This document shows positions 61,034-64,000 of a DNA stretch of 64,000 nucleotides, in pieces. The translations under genes and the position numbers were made by a program. Every line of letters starts with the position of its first letter. The first letter of the stretch is position 1. The stretch is from Raja brachyura. Its lineage: Eukaryota. The notes under the pieces are model-generated. The model saw nothing but the letters and a program-made list of their open reading frames with translations. It was not told the DNA's origin and did not search any database. The stretch lies in assembly GCA_963514005.1 (NCBI GenBank), contig OY740787.1, positions 70,866,001 through 70,930,000 on the forward strand, in the 5' to 3' direction.

Positions 61034-64000
61034 CTGTTATTTTAACTCCTTCCTTGGCCTCAACAGGTACACCAACGCCAAACTCATTTTCTCCCCGGAC
61101 ACGGAAATAATAAATGCCTCCTTCTTGCAAGTCACTGACTTTGTAAGTAAGTCTCTGACAGTTGTTTGTTACAGTGACCCATGCCTTCTTACTAGCTTCA
61201 TGCTTTTCAATATGATATGTCTTCACACGAGCACCTCCTTCATTTTCCGGAATATCCCAGGCCAGTGTCACCGATTCTTTGGTAACTTCTTTTACAGTAA
61301 TAGCACCAGGAGGTCCAGGTGAATCCAGAACTTTGACAACCATTGTCAGTGTGGCAGTGGCTAAGATGTTCTGCAATGTTACTGTGTATTTACCACAGTC
61401 ATTCCTTGTTGCTGTTTCGATTGTCAGCGATGTTTTTGTATCATTAGTCTCTATATTTCCTCTTACCCGGAGATCTACATCAGGCTTGCTCCACATAACA
61501 TTAGGTACTGGTTTTCCGCTAAAAGGTACAGTTAATGTAAAGGAACTCCCAGCCTTGACAATCAATGTTTTACGCATTTCATTATCAATATCAAATGCAG
61601 GTTCCTCTTCTCTTTCTTTAGCAATTTGTGGCTCTGATATTTCACTTGGATCACTGACACCAACTTTGTTAATGGATCTTATACAGAAAAGATACTCTGC
61701 TCCAGATGTAAGTCCATGCACCGTAAACTCAGTGCCCTTCAAATTCTGAATTGCTGTTGTCCATTCAGTGTCGTCAGACATTTTATACTCTACAGTGTAT
61801 CCCGTCACTGGTGATCCACCGTCAAACAATGGCTTCGTCCAGCTAGCAGTAATGCTTGTCTTTGTTGAATCAATAATTTTTGGTTTGGATGGTGGAGAAG
61901 GTAAGAAAACTGGATCTTTTGCACAGATCAACATTGATGGTTCACTTGGAGGACCGAGTCCTGCAGCATTTTCTGCATAAACACGATATTCATATTCAGC
62001 ACCTTCACGAAGTCCTGCTGCTTTTACTCTTAGATCATACACAGGTTTCTTAGTGACTCGAATCCAGCGTAAACCTGTCTTTTCACGCTTCTCAATAACA
62101 TATCCAGCAATTGGATTTCCACCATCACTCTCGGGTCTTCCCCAGCAGATAGTCATAGAATTCTTTGCGACATTGCTAATTTCAATTGATTTTGGTGCAC
62201 TGGGAACTGTGAATGGATCTACAGCTTTTACAGGTTCACTCTCCAAGACTTCACCAACTCCAAACTTGTTGACTCCCATTACTCTAAAAACATACTCATT
62301 GCCTGGAAGCAGTTTAGTTACCTTGCAAGATGTTGTAGGTAAATTATCTGTTACGCATGTCCAAGCAATACGACTTGTTTCTCGTTTTTCTACAATATAG
62401 TGATCAATTTCTGCCCCTCCATTCTCTTGAGGTGGTGCCCATGACAATGAACACTTTTCAGATGTGCAGCCAGTTATTTCCAAAGGACCAGCAGGTGGGC
62501 CTGGCCTGTCCAGTACCTTACAGTTAACAGCTAGGGATCTTGTTCCTGCTACATTCTGCAATGTTATGACATATTGTCCTGAGTCTCTTCTTATGCAGTC
62601 CTTAATGACAACTGCAGTGCTGTTGTCAGTTGATTGGATTTCAACTCTAGCGTGTCCTTCAAGTTCTTTACCATCCTTTGTCCATGATATCACCGGAAGA
62701 GGACGGCCAGCTATATCTGCATTAAACTTAACAGTGTCACCTGCTTTAACAATAATCTCTCTAAATTTTGCATCCATCATAATTCTTGGGGCTTCCATAT
62801 CATCCTTTACAGTAATGGGCCCTGTTGATTCAGATGGTTCACTGAATAGTCCTGCAGCATTCTTTGCAATAATATGGAACTCATAGCGTTGATCTTCAGT
62901 AAGACCAGTAACATCAAAATATGTTTCTTGGATGTTGGTAAAGTTACATTTAAGCCAGCGTCCATCAGGTAACTGCCTGGATTCAATAATATAACCAGTA
63001 ACTTTAGCACCACCATCATATTCAGGCTTAGTCCAAGAAAGTGAAACACAGGTTCTGGTAATATTTGTTACGGCGGGTTGACCCGGACAGTCACATGGAT
63101 CTCTTGCTGCAACAGTTTCAGAAGCTTTACTGGCTCTGCCAATGCCTGCAATATTTTCTGCATAAACACGGAACTCATATGACAGACCTTCATCAAGGCC
63201 AGTTACTTTCATTTTTGTGTCATTAATTGGACCTCTATTCATCTTCGTCCACAGGATACTGCTTCTTTCTTTGCATTCAAGGTGGTATCCAATAATTTTA
63301 GAACCCCCATCGAAAACTGGTTCATTCCATTTTACAATCATATAACCTTTGGTGGCATGTGCAACAATAGGAGTTGATGGAGGACCAGGCAGTTTAAATG
63401 GATATTCTGCGACAACAGCAGAAGATTCACAAGAGTGGCTTTTACCATATCTGTTTTCTGCATAAACACGGAACTGGTATTCGCTTCTTGTTGTAAGTCC
63501 TGTGATTTTAATTGATGTTCTTGCTACAGTGGCAGAAACTATTTGCCAGGTTGTTGTTGTGGTGTCTCTCTTTTCAACAATGTAATTGGTAATTTGGCAA
63601 CCACCATCATATTCTGGTGCTGTCCAAGATATAACCACATAATCAGAACTAATTTCATCAAAACGAATACTATTTGGTGGTCCCGGTTTGTCAAGAACAA
63701 TGACATTAATTAAGAAAGTTTTTGATCCTATACTATTGGCTACAGTTAGTTCATATTTTCCAACATCTTCCTTTAAAGCTTCTTTGATGGTCAAAAGAGT
63801 TGATGTTTTTGATGTCTGAAAATTTAATCGTGTTGTTTGTCTCAAAGGCTGGCCATCCTTCTTCCATGTCACAGTTGGCAAAGGTCTTCCTCTAAATGGT
63901 ATATCAATCTTGAGGTCATCACCAGCTTTAACACTGAAACTATTGAAAAGAAGCTCAACAGAGGGTTCAATTTCAATATCTTTTGCAATTACTGGTACTC
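61034..64000 (-). CDS. TTN: Titin giant A-band exon, 3' part (runs off window)
   Basis: Uninterrupted Ig/FN3 super-repeat ORF ending AKEGVKIT; donor G|GTAATT. Confidence 0.97.

Noticed and set aside
33287-63881. Many plus-strand ORFs (60-156 aa) overlapping titin exons
   Set aside because: Antisense shadows of titin codon structure; no recognisable domains
1-64000. CRISPR arrays or prokaryotic defence systems
   Set aside because: Spliced vertebrate genes throughout; no regularly spaced direct repeats seen

Overview
Vertebrate genomic DNA, most likely from a cartilaginous fish (inferred from V-SINE/HE1-like and CR1/HER1-like repeats). It carries the conserved FKBP7-PLEKHA3-TTN block. FKBP7 exons 1-3 lie on the minus strand, head-to-head across a CpG-rich promoter with the 8-exon PLEKHA3/FAPP1 gene on the plus strand. 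A repeat-dense spacer follows, then the convergent 3' end of titin on the minus strand (36 coding exons: distal A-band, kinase, M-band, 3' UTR). Repeats include a Tc1 IR/DR transposon, Penelope-like (GIY-YIG) retroelement remnants, CR1, L2-like and Rex1 LINEs, V-SINEs and MITEs, plus a 200-N gap. Main observations: (1) hammerhead-ribozyme cores in Penelope terminal repeats, two of them intact and sense in one PLEKHA3 intron; (2) titin apparently lacks Ig domain M7, with Mex1 fused to Mex3; (3) titin kinase has ELG, a catalytic-loop Lys and no P+1 inhibitory Tyr; (4) an unclassified ~1 kb DNA transposon with apparent 7-bp TSDs; (5) a GC-AG intron and a frame discordance at the last PLEKHA3 exon. 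Human comparisons are from memory and need alignment; repeat boundaries are approximate.
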